From contig JAPLTJ010000121.1 in the NCBI GenBank assembly GCA_026398175.1, positions 3,357-67,356 of the forward strand: DNA of 64,000 nt, given 5' to 3'. Within the stretch, counting starts at the first letter, position 1. Each line of letters starts with the position of its first letter. The notes beneath the pieces are model-generated. The model was not told the origin of the DNA. It saw nothing but the letters and a program-made list of their open reading frames with translations, and did no database searches. This DNA comes from Verrucomicrobiia bacterium. Lineage in GTDB: Bacteria; Verrucomicrobiota; Verrucomicrobiia; Chthoniobacterales; UBA6821. Below are positions 27,684 through 37,479 of this stretch, one piece after another. Made by a program: the position numbers and the translations under genes.

Positions 27684-27967
27684 TTGTCTCTCCCGGAGCA
27701 AGGCGTGATCTTAGAGGGATTCAACGTTATATTTCTATTGATTCGCCTCAAGCAGCTCTACGCTTTGGTCAACGACTTCTGAAAAAACAAGAAATGCTTG
27801 GAAGTCATCCTGAAATAGGACGTGTCGTTCCTGAAATAGGTAATCGAGCGGTACGAGAGCTTATTGTTGGAAATTATCGATTGATTTATGAAGTCAATTT
27901 TTTGAACAAGGAGATTGAAATATTTCGCTACTGGCACGCTGCTCGAGGGATTCCAAAGATCCGTTGA
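27668..27967 (+). CDS. RelE/ParE-family toxin (cassette C)
   Basis: Paralog of the A and B toxins (SPGARRDLRGI, HPEIGR, YRLIYE, RYWHAARG). Confidence 0.85.
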   Translation: MVFRIIVSPGARRDLRGIQRYISIDSPQAALRFGQRLLKKQEMLGSHPEIGRVVPEIGNRAVRELIVGNYRLIYEVNFLNKEIEIFRYWHAARGIPKIR

Positions 27968-27974
27968 TATACTC

Positions 27975-29177
27975 ATGACGAATAAAAAAAACATTGTTCC
28001 GCCACTTCTGCAGGAAGATCTCGAGCATGTCTTAACACACACGAAGCCCCTCTGGGAGCAGGTGCGGGGAGGTCGGATTTTTGTGACGGGGGCAACAGGA
28101 TTTTTTGGAACTTGGTTGCTAGAAACTTTTTTGTATGCCAATGACCAATTGAAATTAGGAGCAGAGCTTGTGGGGCTCAGTCGTAATTCTGCTGCATTTG
28201 CTGCAAAGGCGCCTCACATCGTCAATCATCCAGCGATTACAATGCATGCTGGTGATGTGCGTGATTTTATTTTTCCTAACCCGACTTTCACTATTCGAGA
28301 TGGCGATCTTTCTCAATATACTCGGCCTCAAAACGATTTTTTAAATCATTCATGTATGAAACATACACCGCATGATTTTAAAAATGATTTTGAGACCAAG
28401 TCCTCACAAAATCTCATCCATTCGAATAGCGAAAGTCGGGTAGGAAAATTTTCTCATGTGATTCATGCAGGCACAACTTCCAGTGCGCCCGTGCCGCCGC
28501 TAGAAATGCTGGAGACGATTACCCGAGGAACACGGCGAGCGCTTGATTTTGCGGTCGCTTGTGAAGCAAAGCGATTTCTTTTTGTCAGCTCTGGCGCTGT
28601 TTATGGTGACGCACGCTCAGAGCAACATCATTTTTCCGAAGAAGACCACGCGGCTCCCGATCCCATGAATTCTGCCTCTGCGTATGGCGAGGGAAAGCGA
28701 TTCGCTGAGCTGCTGTGCCGACTTTATCATGACAACCATCAGCTGGAGACGACGATTGCGCGCTGTTTTGCCTTTGTTGGACCGCATTTGCCACTCAATG
28801 CTCATTTTGCGATTGGGAATTTTTTACGCGATGCTTTAGAAAAAAAACCGATCGTGATCAAGAGCGATGGTCAGTCGCAGCGTTCCTACCTCTACGCTGC
28901 GGATCTGATGATTTGGCTCTGGACAATTCTTTTTAAAGGCCAGCCTTGCCGTCCATACAATGTCGGTTCGGAGCACGCGCTCACCATCAAGCAGCTAGCG
29001 GAAAAAGTTCACGACACACTACAACTCAAGGAAAAGGTGCAAATCGGAACCGGTGGTAAAACTTCATGCTACGTCCCTGACACAACTAGGGCACACAAAG
29101 AATTAGGATTGCAAGAGTGGGTGACAATCGAGGAGAGTGTTCGGAAATGTTTTGATTGGGCTGCTGAAATTACTTAG
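27975..29177 (+). CDS. NAD-dependent epimerase/dehydratase (extended SDR), candidate 4-ketoreductase
   Basis: VTGATGFFGTWL Rossmann motif and YGEGK (YxxxK). A low-complexity insertion of about 60 aa sits between HAGDVRDF and HVIHAG. The start was moved to ATG 27975, downstream of the toxin stop. Confidence 0.8.
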   Translation: MTNKKNIVPPLLQEDLEHVLTHTKPLWEQVRGGRIFVTGATGFFGTWLLETFLYANDQLKLGAELVGLSRNSAAFAAKAPHIVNHPAITMHAGDVRDFIFPNPTFTIRDGDLSQYTRPQNDFLNHSCMKHTPHDFKNDFETKSSQNLIHSNSESRVGKFSHVIHAGTTSSAPVPPLEMLETITRGTRRALDFAVACEAKRFLFVSSGAVYGDARSEQHHFSEEDHAAPDPMNSASAYGEGKRFAELLCRLYHDNHQLETTIARCFAFVGPHLPLNAHFAIGNFLRDALEKKPIVIKSDGQSQRSYLYAADLMIWLWTILFKGQPCRPYNVGSEHALTIKQLAEKVHDTLQLKEKVQIGTGGKTSCYVPDTTRAHKELGLQEWVTIEESVRKCFDWAAEIT

Positions 29178-30069
29178 CTAACTTACAAGCTATTTGAAAA
29201 ATGTAAGATGTGTTAGCTCCACCCCAAGCGTTCAATTTATTTAACGCAATAACATCAAAGCCGCAATTAGCTACTAGTCGACGTAGTGATTCTTCAGAAT
29301 AAAAATTGATATGCTCATGCCAATGGCGTTTTTTTAGTTGAAGCTCCATATCATCATTGGCATTTTGCATGATTTCTTCAAAGGGGACCTCAATATACAA
29401 TATTGTATTTGATTGCATAGCCTCTTTGATTTCTAAAAGTAAATCTGAGGGATAGGAGACGTGCTCTAGAACATGACTGCAGACAACAAGATCGTAAGTA
29501 GTTTTTGAAATTTCCTTTTTATCAACGAGCTTTGCACCTTCAATAGGTTGCTTGTTGTTGATTTCATAAATGTGCAATAGAGAGCTGTTGTTTTTAAAAG
29601 GAGTGTTTTTACCAGTATCTCCTCCCCAATCTAGTGTTTTTATAGGAGAAGTGAGAAAAGGAGAGAGGAACTTTTCTACTTGGTCTATATAAGTAACTCC
29701 TCCAGTTAATGTCTCATTTCGTTTTTTATAACCTGGTTCATAATGTTCCCTTAATTCAGTATAGTCTTTTTCACGATATCCCTCGTAGAGTGATGAGAGC
29801 TCTCTCTCTGAAAACCGTACATCTAAAAAAAGGAAGCCACAACTTGGGCAAAAAGTTGAATGACATAATGCATAGGCCATTCCTGTTGGAATAGTCTTTA
29901 AGCCCCATGTTTCATCGATTTTTACTGGTGCTAATCCCAATGCACGATGAGAAATAAAAGGCATTAATAATGCCGGAGATTTTTTGAGAGCTGTATTATT
30001 ACAACAAACACAGGCGGTAGCTATTCGTTCTTTGCAAGTGGACATGGAAGTTTTTATAATTTCAGACAT
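29170..30069 (-). CDS. Class I SAM-dependent methyltransferase with an N-terminal Zn-ribbon (sugar C/O-methyltransferase-like)
   Basis: CxxC...CxxC (CVCCNN, CPSCGF), DWGGDTG, and the VCSHVLEHV motif. Confidence 0.75.
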   Translation of the reverse strand: MSEIIKTSMSTCKERIATACVCCNNTALKKSPALLMPFISHRALGLAPVKIDETWGLKTIPTGMAYALCHSTFCPSCGFLFLDVRFSERELSSLYEGYREKDYTELREHYEPGYKKRNETLTGGVTYIDQVEKFLSPFLTSPIKTLDWGGDTGKNTPFKNNSSLLHIYEINNKQPIEGAKLVDKKEISKTTYDLVVCSHVLEHVSYPSDLLLEIKEAMQSNTILYIEVPFEEIMQNANDDMELQLKKRHWHEHINFYSEESLRRLVANCGFDVIALNKLNAWGGANTSYIFQIACKLAK

Positions 30070-30187
30070 GAAAAATTGATTGAAAGTTCTTATCTGTCAA
30101 ACAACAAAAATATATTTTAATTGATTAAAGAGGATTTTTATTAATGATTTGTTTTTTACTTTCTTTCGATCAAAAACTTTTTAACCA

Positions 30188-31984
30188 ATGATACGGGTCG
30201 CTGATTACATTATTCAAAAATTAGCAGAGCATGGCATCAAAGATGTTTTCATGGTGACAGGGGGAGCTGCTATGCACCTCAATGATGCTTTTGGTCGCTC
30301 CTCTCAGATGAAAGTGACTTGTTGCCATCATGAGCAAGCCTGTGCGATGGCCGCGGAAAGTTATTTTCGTCTCACAAATCGCTTTGCTGCTGTCAACGTG
30401 ACAGCAGGACCTGGTGCCATCAATGCACTCAATGGAGTGTATGGAGCTCATGTTGACTCGATGGGAATGATTGTGATTTCTGGACAAGCAAAATGGGAGA
30501 CGCTTGTTCGCTCTACGGATTTGCCTCTGCGGCAACTCGGCGATCAGGAGGTTGATATCGTGCAGATGGTGAAGGGAATTACAAAATATGCAGTGGTTAT
30601 TCAAGATCCTAAAACGATTCGTTATCACTTAGAACGTGCTCTCTACTTGGCATCTCATGGGCGTCCTGGGCCGGTTTGGTTGGATGTTCCGATCAATGTT
30701 CAAGGAACCATGATTAATCCTGATCAACTTCAAGGTTACAATCCACAAGAAGATCAAATTAAATTTGAAACAAAAAATCTGAGAGAAGCGATTCAAAATA
30801 TTGTTCACGAGCTTTCATCGGCAAAACGCCCTGTCATCTATGCAGGGACAGGAATTCGTTTGTCAGAGCAGTATGAAGTTTTTCTTGAATTAATTAATCG
30901 CCTGAAAATTCCAGTGGTAACAGCATGGAATTCCAATGATCTTCTTCCTGATGATCACTCTTGTTATGCTGGGCGTCCAGGTTCTGTTGGAAATAGGGCA
31001 GGGAATTTTACCGTGCAGAATGCTGATTTTGTCTTGGTATTAGGATGTCGACTCAACCTCCGTTTAATTTCTTACAATTGGGAGAATTTTGCAAAGCAGG
31101 CAAAGATCGCGATGATTGACGTTGATGATGCTGAGTTAAAAAAGCCAACATTGAAAATAGATATTCCTGTTCATGCAGATTTGAGAGAAGCGTTGCCATT
31201 ATTGCTAGAGAAATCAGGCGAGTGGAAGTCGCATCATGAGGAGTGGCTGGCCTGGTGCCGAGAGCGACTGCAGCTCTATCCTGCGGTGACAGAAGCAATG
31301 AAAAATGATTCTAAGGGAGTGAATCCCTATTACTTTTTTGATAAGCTTTTTGCTCAGCTTGATGAAAATGAAATCATCGCTTGTGCTGATGGGACGGCTT
31401 CTGTAGCGGCAATGCAAGCTGCCATTATTAAACGAGGACAACGTCTTTTTCACAATTCAGGTTGTGCCTCGATGGGATATGATTTGCCTGCAGCAATTGG
31501 CGCAGCTCTGGGATGCCCTGATCGTAAGCGCATCATCTGCATCGCTGGAGATGGAAGTGTTATGATGAATCTTCAAGAATTACAGACAATTGTTCATGAG
31601 CACTTGCCGATAAAACTTTTTATTCTTAATAATCATGGGTATCACTCCATTCGACAGACACAGCAAAATTTTTTCTCAAATAATATTATTGGTTGTGATG
31701 TCGAGTCTGGAGTCAGTTTTCCTAATTTTGAGAAAATGGCAGGAGCATTTGGATTGCTTTATCGGAAGATTGACAAACATGCCGATATTGATGAGGCGAT
31801 CAGAAAAATTCTTTCTCAACCAGGTGCTATGATAACAGAAGTGATGCTAGACTTGCATCAAGCATTTGAACCCAAACTTTCTTCACGCAAATTAGAAGAT
31901 GGAACAATGGTGACTGCTAGCCTAGAAGATATGGCGCCATTTTTAGCACGAGAAGAATTAGGAAAAAATATGATTGCTTCTTAG
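30188..31984 (+). CDS. Thiamine-pyrophosphate enzyme of the acetolactate-synthase family (YerE-like candidate)
   Basis: N-terminal Pyr domain, a middle domain and a C-terminal PP domain with GDGSVMMNLQEL...NNHGY. Confidence 0.85.
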   Translation: MIRVADYIIQKLAEHGIKDVFMVTGGAAMHLNDAFGRSSQMKVTCCHHEQACAMAAESYFRLTNRFAAVNVTAGPGAINALNGVYGAHVDSMGMIVISGQAKWETLVRSTDLPLRQLGDQEVDIVQMVKGITKYAVVIQDPKTIRYHLERALYLASHGRPGPVWLDVPINVQGTMINPDQLQGYNPQEDQIKFETKNLREAIQNIVHELSSAKRPVIYAGTGIRLSEQYEVFLELINRLKIPVVTAWNSNDLLPDDHSCYAGRPGSVGNRAGNFTVQNADFVLVLGCRLNLRLISYNWENFAKQAKIAMIDVDDAELKKPTLKIDIPVHADLREALPLLLEKSGEWKSHHEEWLAWCRERLQLYPAVTEAMKNDSKGVNPYYFFDKLFAQLDENEIIACADGTASVAAMQAAIIKRGQRLFHNSGCASMGYDLPAAIGAALGCPDRKRIICIAGDGSVMMNLQELQTIVHEHLPIKLFILNNHGYHSIRQTQQNFFSNNIIGCDVESGVSFPNFEKMAGAFGLLYRKIDKHADIDEAIRKILSQPGAMITEVMLDLHQAFEPKLSSRKLEDGTMVTASLEDMAPFLAREELGKNMIAS

Positions 31985-32032
31985 TTTGCTTGTTTTTTTT
32001 GCTATTCTCATTCAATCTTCAAAACCTTTTAT

Positions 32033-33118
32033 ATGATTATTAAGCGAGATTATTTTGAAGAACTTTTTGTTCTCGAGATGGCAAATAACCATTTGGGTAA
32101 TCTTGATCGTGCTTTAAAAATTGTTGCTGATTTTTCCAAAGTTGTTCGTTTTAACAATGTGCGCGCAACGATCAAGTTGCAGCTGCGTGATGTCGAAAAT
32201 TTTATTCATTCTGATTTTCGAGACAGAAAAGAAATTCGCTATATCAAAAAGACACTCGATACAAAAATGTCGCGTGAACACGTTGCTACTATTATTGAAG
32301 AGATCCGCCAAAGTGGATGCATTCCTAGCGCTACTCCTTTTGATGAAGCTTCTGTAGGATTTTGTGAAGAGTTAGAATTGCCACTGATTAAGATTGCTAG
32401 TTCGGATATCAATGATTGGTTTCTTATTGAACGTATCGCTAAGACGCGAAAACCAGTCATTGCTTCCTCAGGCGGTTCTTCGTTGAAAGATACCGATGAT
32501 TTAGTAACTTTTTTTGCTAATCGAAATATTCCCTTAGCCTTGAATCATTGTGTTTCGCTTTACCCTGCTGAAGATACAGACCTTCAGATGAATCAAATTG
32601 ATTTTTTAAAAAACCGTTATCCACATAATACCATCGGCTTTTCTACTCATGAGTATCACGATTGGGAAACAAGCATGGCTATTGCCTATGCAAAAGGGGC
32701 TCGAACTTTTGAACGTCACATTGACATTGAAACGGAAGGAGTCACTGTTTCTCCTTATTGTAGTTTGCCCCATCAAGTGGACTTGTGGTTTAAATCTTTT
32801 CGCCGTGTTAAGGCGATGTGCGGGCATCCTGGAACTGTTAAACGAACTCCGCCTCCAGAGGAGTTAAAATATTTGGATGCGCTGGTTCGTGGTGCCTATG
32901 CAAAAAAAGATCTTCAAAAAGGACATGTTTTAACAGAAGAAGACCTTTACCTCGCCATTCCTTTACAAAAAGGCCAAGCTTCTTGTCGTGAAATCATGAA
33001 GGGACAATCGCTTTTATCCGATATCAAAAAAGATGCTCCATTGATAATCGATCAAATTGATAGCCCTTATGCCTATGATGATGAATTGAAGCAGCAAATT
33101 TATAATCGAGGCATTTAG
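32033..33118 (+). CDS. NeuB/SpsE-family (sialic-acid-synthase-like) PEP-condensing enzyme with a C-terminal SAF domain
   Basis: EMANNHLGNLDRA, IKIASSDI and the FSTHEY motif. The C-terminal part of about 70 aa is SAF-like. Confidence 0.75.
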   Translation: MIIKRDYFEELFVLEMANNHLGNLDRALKIVADFSKVVRFNNVRATIKLQLRDVENFIHSDFRDRKEIRYIKKTLDTKMSREHVATIIEEIRQSGCIPSATPFDEASVGFCEELELPLIKIASSDINDWFLIERIAKTRKPVIASSGGSSLKDTDDLVTFFANRNIPLALNHCVSLYPAEDTDLQMNQIDFLKNRYPHNTIGFSTHEYHDWETSMAIAYAKGARTFERHIDIETEGVTVSPYCSLPHQVDLWFKSFRRVKAMCGHPGTVKRTPPPEELKYLDALVRGAYAKKDLQKGHVLTEEDLYLAIPLQKGQASCREIMKGQSLLSDIKKDAPLIIDQIDSPYAYDDELKQQIYNRGI

Positions 33119-33120
33119 TT

Positions 33121-34050
33121 ATGAAGCTCATTAGCATTGTTTCTGGTTGCTATAATGAAGTAGGAAATGTCGAAGACCTTGTTGCTCGAGTGGGGCAAGC
33201 AATGCAGCAGCAGCCTCATTATGATTACGAACAGATCATTATTGATAATGCTTCGACTGATGGGACTCAGGAGTTACTTAAAAAATTAGCTAAGAAAAAT
33301 CCAAAGTTGAAAGTCATTCTCAACGCTAGGAATTTTGGACATGTTCGTTCTCCTTATCATGGTATGATGCAAGGATCTGGAGAGGCGATTGTTTACTTGG
33401 CTTCTGATTTGCAAGATCCGCCAGAGCTGATTCCCGAGATGGTGAGCAAGTGGGAACAAGGAGCTAAGGCTGTTGTTTGTGTCAAGGAATCAAGCGAAGA
33501 AAGACCGCTGTTTTTTAAGATGCGGCGTCTTTGCTATTCCATTTTTGACCGACTCGCAAATGTCGAGACGATTCAAAATTTTACTGGCTTCGGTCTTTAT
33601 GATCGGACGATTATTAATCATTGCCGCAACATGCAAGATTCTTATCCCTATTTTCGTGGGATGATTTCAGAAATTGGTCTTCCTATTGTTGAACTCCCTT
33701 ATCGACAACTAGTGAGAAAAAAGGGAATCACTAAAAATAATTTCTATACGCTTTATGATGTTGCGATGTTAGGAATGACGAATTACACAAAAATCCCTCT
33801 CCGACTTGCTTCTATCGTTGGTTTTTTCATGGCATTAGTTAGCTTTTTTTTGGCCTGCGGTTATTTTATTTATAAACTTCTTTTTTGGGCCAAGGTCCCT
33901 TTTGGAACAGCGCCTCTCATTATAGGCTTATTCTTTTTTGCTTCGGTCCAACTTTTTTTTATTGGCATTCTTGGGGAATACATCAGTGCCATTTATACAC
34001 AAGTGCTCAATAGGCCCTTGGTGATAGAAAAAGAGAGGGTTAATTTTTAA
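33121..34050 (+). CDS. GT2 polyprenyl-phosphate glycosyltransferase (GtrB/CsbB/ArnC-like)
   Basis: SIVSGCYNE, IIIDNASTDGT and a DLQDPPE motif, plus two C-terminal TM helices. Confidence 0.85.
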   Translation: MKLISIVSGCYNEVGNVEDLVARVGQAMQQQPHYDYEQIIIDNASTDGTQELLKKLAKKNPKLKVILNARNFGHVRSPYHGMMQGSGEAIVYLASDLQDPPELIPEMVSKWEQGAKAVVCVKESSEERPLFFKMRRLCYSIFDRLANVETIQNFTGFGLYDRTIINHCRNMQDSYPYFRGMISEIGLPIVELPYRQLVRKKGITKNNFYTLYDVAMLGMTNYTKIPLRLASIVGFFMALVSFFLACGYFIYKLLFWAKVPFGTAPLIIGLFFFASVQLFFIGILGEYISAIYTQVLNRPLVIEKERVNF

Positions 34051-34066
34051 TAGGTTATCTATAAGC

Positions 34067-35020
34067 ATGAAAACAGTTCAGAAATTAAAATTTTTTCTTG
34101 TTTCATTGGGTCCAAGAAGCTTAGTGACCCAAGCGTTTTTAAAACTATATGCCTCTTTACTCGGTTATAGAATCTATTTTAAAAACCATTGTATTAAGAT
34201 AATAAAGAGTAAGAAACAGCTAATCATTAAGCTACGCGACTATGCTTTCATTCCTATTATCATGAAACAGGTTTTTGATAATAGATTTGAAGTTATTGAA
34301 CCAATACAAAGCGACGATTGCTTGGTTCTTGATTTTTCAATGCCTGCAACTCATTGCTATAAGCGCTGTGGAATTAGCTTTATGTTTCTTGGTATACCAG
34401 AGGATGATTCTATTGATGCTTATACATCCCTTTTTAAACCTAAGGAAGGCATGGTTGTCTTTGATGTTGGTGCTGGTGTTGGCTCAATAACGTATTTTTT
34501 ATCTCAGATGGTAGGAGAGCAAGGGAAGGTTTATGCATTTGAGCCAGATGACAAGAGTCGTGAATGCTTAGAAAAAAACATCATAGATAAAAAATTAAAT
34601 AATATTACAATATTAGATACTGCACTTGCTGGCCAATCAGGGATAGGAATATTTAATATGGATGGGTCTATGGCTGCTTCACTAGTTCAGGCTTCAATTT
34701 ATCCAAATACTGGAGTAAAAAAAGAAGTGGGAACTCTAACTTTAGAGGATTGCTGCCAGCGGTTAGGAGTTGTACCCAACTTTATTAAAATGGATATAGA
34801 GGGTTCTGAAGTTGAAGTTATTGCTCGTTCTTTAGATTTTCTCCAAAAAAACCCTATTCATTTTGCTTTTGATAGTTGTCATAAGTTAAAAGATGGTTCG
34901 TTTAGTTATGAACATCTTGAAAATCTCTTTCGATCTATTAATTACTCAGTGAGATCTCAGATGTTTTCTGGAGAAATGTTTACTTTTGCTTCGCCTTCCT
35001 CTCTAAAAGTTAGTTATTAA
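34067..35020 (+). CDS. FkbM-family methyltransferase
   Basis: VFDVGAGVGSITYF and IKMDIEGSEVEV. Confidence 0.8.
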   Translation: MKTVQKLKFFLVSLGPRSLVTQAFLKLYASLLGYRIYFKNHCIKIIKSKKQLIIKLRDYAFIPIIMKQVFDNRFEVIEPIQSDDCLVLDFSMPATHCYKRCGISFMFLGIPEDDSIDAYTSLFKPKEGMVVFDVGAGVGSITYFLSQMVGEQGKVYAFEPDDKSRECLEKNIIDKKLNNITILDTALAGQSGIGIFNMDGSMAASLVQASIYPNTGVKKEVGTLTLEDCCQRLGVVPNFIKMDIEGSEVEVIARSLDFLQKNPIHFAFDSCHKLKDGSFSYEHLENLFRSINYSVRSQMFSGEMFTFASPSSLKVSY

Positions 35021-35106
35021 TTTTCTATCATGAAATACGTGTGTAGGCTGTTAATAGTGCAAAAATCAACAACACTCGGTAGAAAGAAAATTAATTATTT
35101 AACTCA

Positions 35107-37467
35107 ATGAAGGCGCAACGATCTTTATTTATAATCATTCTCCTGTTTGTTGCCTTCATCGCCATCCTCTGGCTCTTACAGGCGCCTTCAGCAGAAGAAG
35201 CCTTTGGTGATCTTGGACGACTTTGGGATACAAGGCAGGGATTCCTCTCTGGTTGGAGTCCGCATTTTCTTTTAGGAAGTAGTTTGGTGATTCAGCAGGT
35301 TGCAATTTGGGTCGTTTTATTATCCAATTTGTCGATTGTCATTTTTGGGCCTCTGATTGGTGGACTTGCCGCTTTTAAATTGGTAGCCATCCTCTCCCTA
35401 GCCGCCAGTGGAGTGACGATGTTCTTTTTTGTTCGTCGTTTGACGCGGGATGAGACGCAGGCGGCAGTGGCGGCATTGGCCTATATCATGATGCCATCGA
35501 TCACCGTGGCAATGGGCATTTATGAGCATTTCAGCGTGACGCTTTGTTTTGTTTTTGTCCCTCTGATTTTGCGCGGAATTTTAGTTTTATCGGAAGAAGA
35601 ATCGCCACGAGAGATCGTGGGCCTCGGTTTGGCGGCTAGTGCGATTGCGTTGAGTTACACAAAAATCGCCGTCGTGATTTCGCCGATGCTTTTGTTGTGG
35701 ACGTTGGAAGTTTTACGATTGCAGCCTGCCAATGTTCGTTTAAAAATTATGAGTCGCTATGCCATGAGTGCTGGTCTGGCACTAGCGCTGGCTCTTCCAT
35801 TTTTGTTGCCAGCTTCACGAGAGTTTGGTTTTGCGGCAGGATTTTTATTCGATCCGCTAGAGGGATGGCAGCATCATTACGCTTTTAAATCAGCGCTGCA
35901 GTGGATCGATCTCTGGGGTGTTTTCATGAAAGGTTCCGATCCTAATGTTGAAAGGGATTCTGTGATGTTTGCCATTGGGTTGATACCGATGCTCGCTATT
36001 TCTTTTGGGCTAGGTCTTTCTTCTCTTCAAGAGTGGCGTCGCTCTTCCCTCGGACGTTGGTTTTTGATCTTAGTAGCTTGTTGGTTGCTTTCCATGAATC
36101 TGGCTGCTGGTCCTGACGGGATTCTTTTAGGACATTGGCATCTTCTAAAAGAGGGTGCTCGCGGTATGTTTGACTTTGCTATTCCTTGTCTTTGGTTTGC
36201 TCTTGCTTGGCTGGTCTGGATGAGTTATCAGACCATCTGTTGTCTTATTGGAGGTAAAGCATGGCGCTCTTGGTTGTTGTTGGCCGTATTTTTGGCAACG
36301 CCATTTTTTCGTATCGCTGCAGCATTTCCTCTTTTTAACGACATTCGCGCCCCGGAATCATTTTGGAGCGTTGGTGGTTTTTGTGTCTTAGCAGCAGCTG
36401 TTGGGATGGTGACTGTAGCACTTTTTACAAAAGTTATTTCAACGCGATTTCGTCTTATCAGTGCCATCGGTATTGGTCTTCTTTTTTTATTGGAGCTTTA
36501 TCCGATTCACTCTGCTTATTGGACTCGTGGTCTTCCTGAAGAATTATTTTCTGATTACGATCAATCACTCACATTTTTAAAAAATGCTCCGTTGCCAGGT
36601 CGCGTGCATCCTCTTTGTAGTCGCTATTTTTACTTAACCATTCCTCAGAAGACGGGCCACTCTCTCAGCACCGAAGCGCTTCTTCGGCACTTTGAATTAA
36701 AATGGGTCAGGCATTTTGAGGCTGCGGGCGCAGCTAATATGGATGCGATGCAAAGCTATCTGAATCTTGCTGGCGTTTCTTATATTTTCATCGATAAAGA
36801 AGATCCACTGACGCCCAAGCAAGCCCAGGATGTCTACAGGACGGTCTTTCCCGTTGTTTTTGAAAATCGTTCTATTGTAATTTTATCCAATGAAGCCTCG
36901 CTCTATCCTGCTTTTTTGGCACGTAATTTTGTTACTCTGCCTCTGGAAAGCTACCAGCAGGCTCCGATGGCGTTGCAGTTAGCAAGGATGAATCTCCTTG
37001 GAGTAGAGCTTGCGCAAAGTGATCAAAGGCAGACTGGATTTGCAGGAAGAGCTACTGGAAATAATCAGGTGGAGCTTCTTCCTCAATATCAAGGCCGCGG
37101 TGGCGCTCCTTTTCAGCGTGTGGCGTCTGTTGGTAATCGGGCTGATGACTATGGAAAGATGACCTATCGTTTGCCGCCTACTGTTTCAGGGTGGCTAACA
37201 GTTACTGAGGTCTTTCATCCAGATTGGACTGCAACTATCGATGGGCAGCCAGCTGATATTCATCGTGCTGCTGCTGCACTGCTTTCTGTCTATGTGCCAC
37301 TCGGGTCTCAAGAAATTATTTTTAAATTTATTCAACCTGCTTGGTATGCGCTTTTGTTTTATTTAGGATGCTTCTTTTGGTTGATAGCGCTAGGTGCCTT
37401 TTTGTTTTTTGCCAGTCGCTGGGCTAGGCCTGAATGGAAGAAACTTTGGGATGGAACAACCAGGTAG
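35107..37467 (+). CDS. Large polytopic membrane protein, YfhO-like GT-C glycosyltransferase candidate
   Basis: More than 12 N-terminal TM helices, a soluble domain of about 270 aa and a terminal TM helix. This is the YfhO architecture. The call is by topology only. Confidence 0.5.
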   Translation: MKAQRSLFIIILLFVAFIAILWLLQAPSAEEAFGDLGRLWDTRQGFLSGWSPHFLLGSSLVIQQVAIWVVLLSNLSIVIFGPLIGGLAAFKLVAILSLAASGVTMFFFVRRLTRDETQAAVAALAYIMMPSITVAMGIYEHFSVTLCFVFVPLILRGILVLSEEESPREIVGLGLAASAIALSYTKIAVVISPMLLLWTLEVLRLQPANVRLKIMSRYAMSAGLALALALPFLLPASREFGFAAGFLFDPLEGWQHHYAFKSALQWIDLWGVFMKGSDPNVERDSVMFAIGLIPMLAISFGLGLSSLQEWRRSSLGRWFLILVACWLLSMNLAAGPDGILLGHWHLLKEGARGMFDFAIPCLWFALAWLVWMSYQTICCLIGGKAWRSWLLLAVFLATPFFRIAAAFPLFNDIRAPESFWSVGGFCVLAAAVGMVTVALFTKVISTRFRLISAIGIGLLFLLELYPIHSAYWTRGLPEELFSDYDQSLTFLKNAPLPGRVHPLCSRYFYLTIPQKTGHSLSTEALLRHFELKWVRHFEAAGAANMDAMQSYLNLAGVSYIFIDKEDPLTPKQAQDVYRTVFPVVFENRSIVILSNEASLYPAFLARNFVTLPLESYQQAPMALQLARMNLLGVELAQSDQRQTGFAGRATGNNQVELLPQYQGRGGAPFQRVASVGNRADDYGKMTYRLPPTVSGWLTVTEVFHPDWTATIDGQPADIHRAAAALLSVYVPLGSQEIIFKFIQPAWYALLFYLGCFFWLIALGAFLFFASRWARPEWKKLWDGTTR

Positions 37468-37479
37468 TCCTAATCGCCT

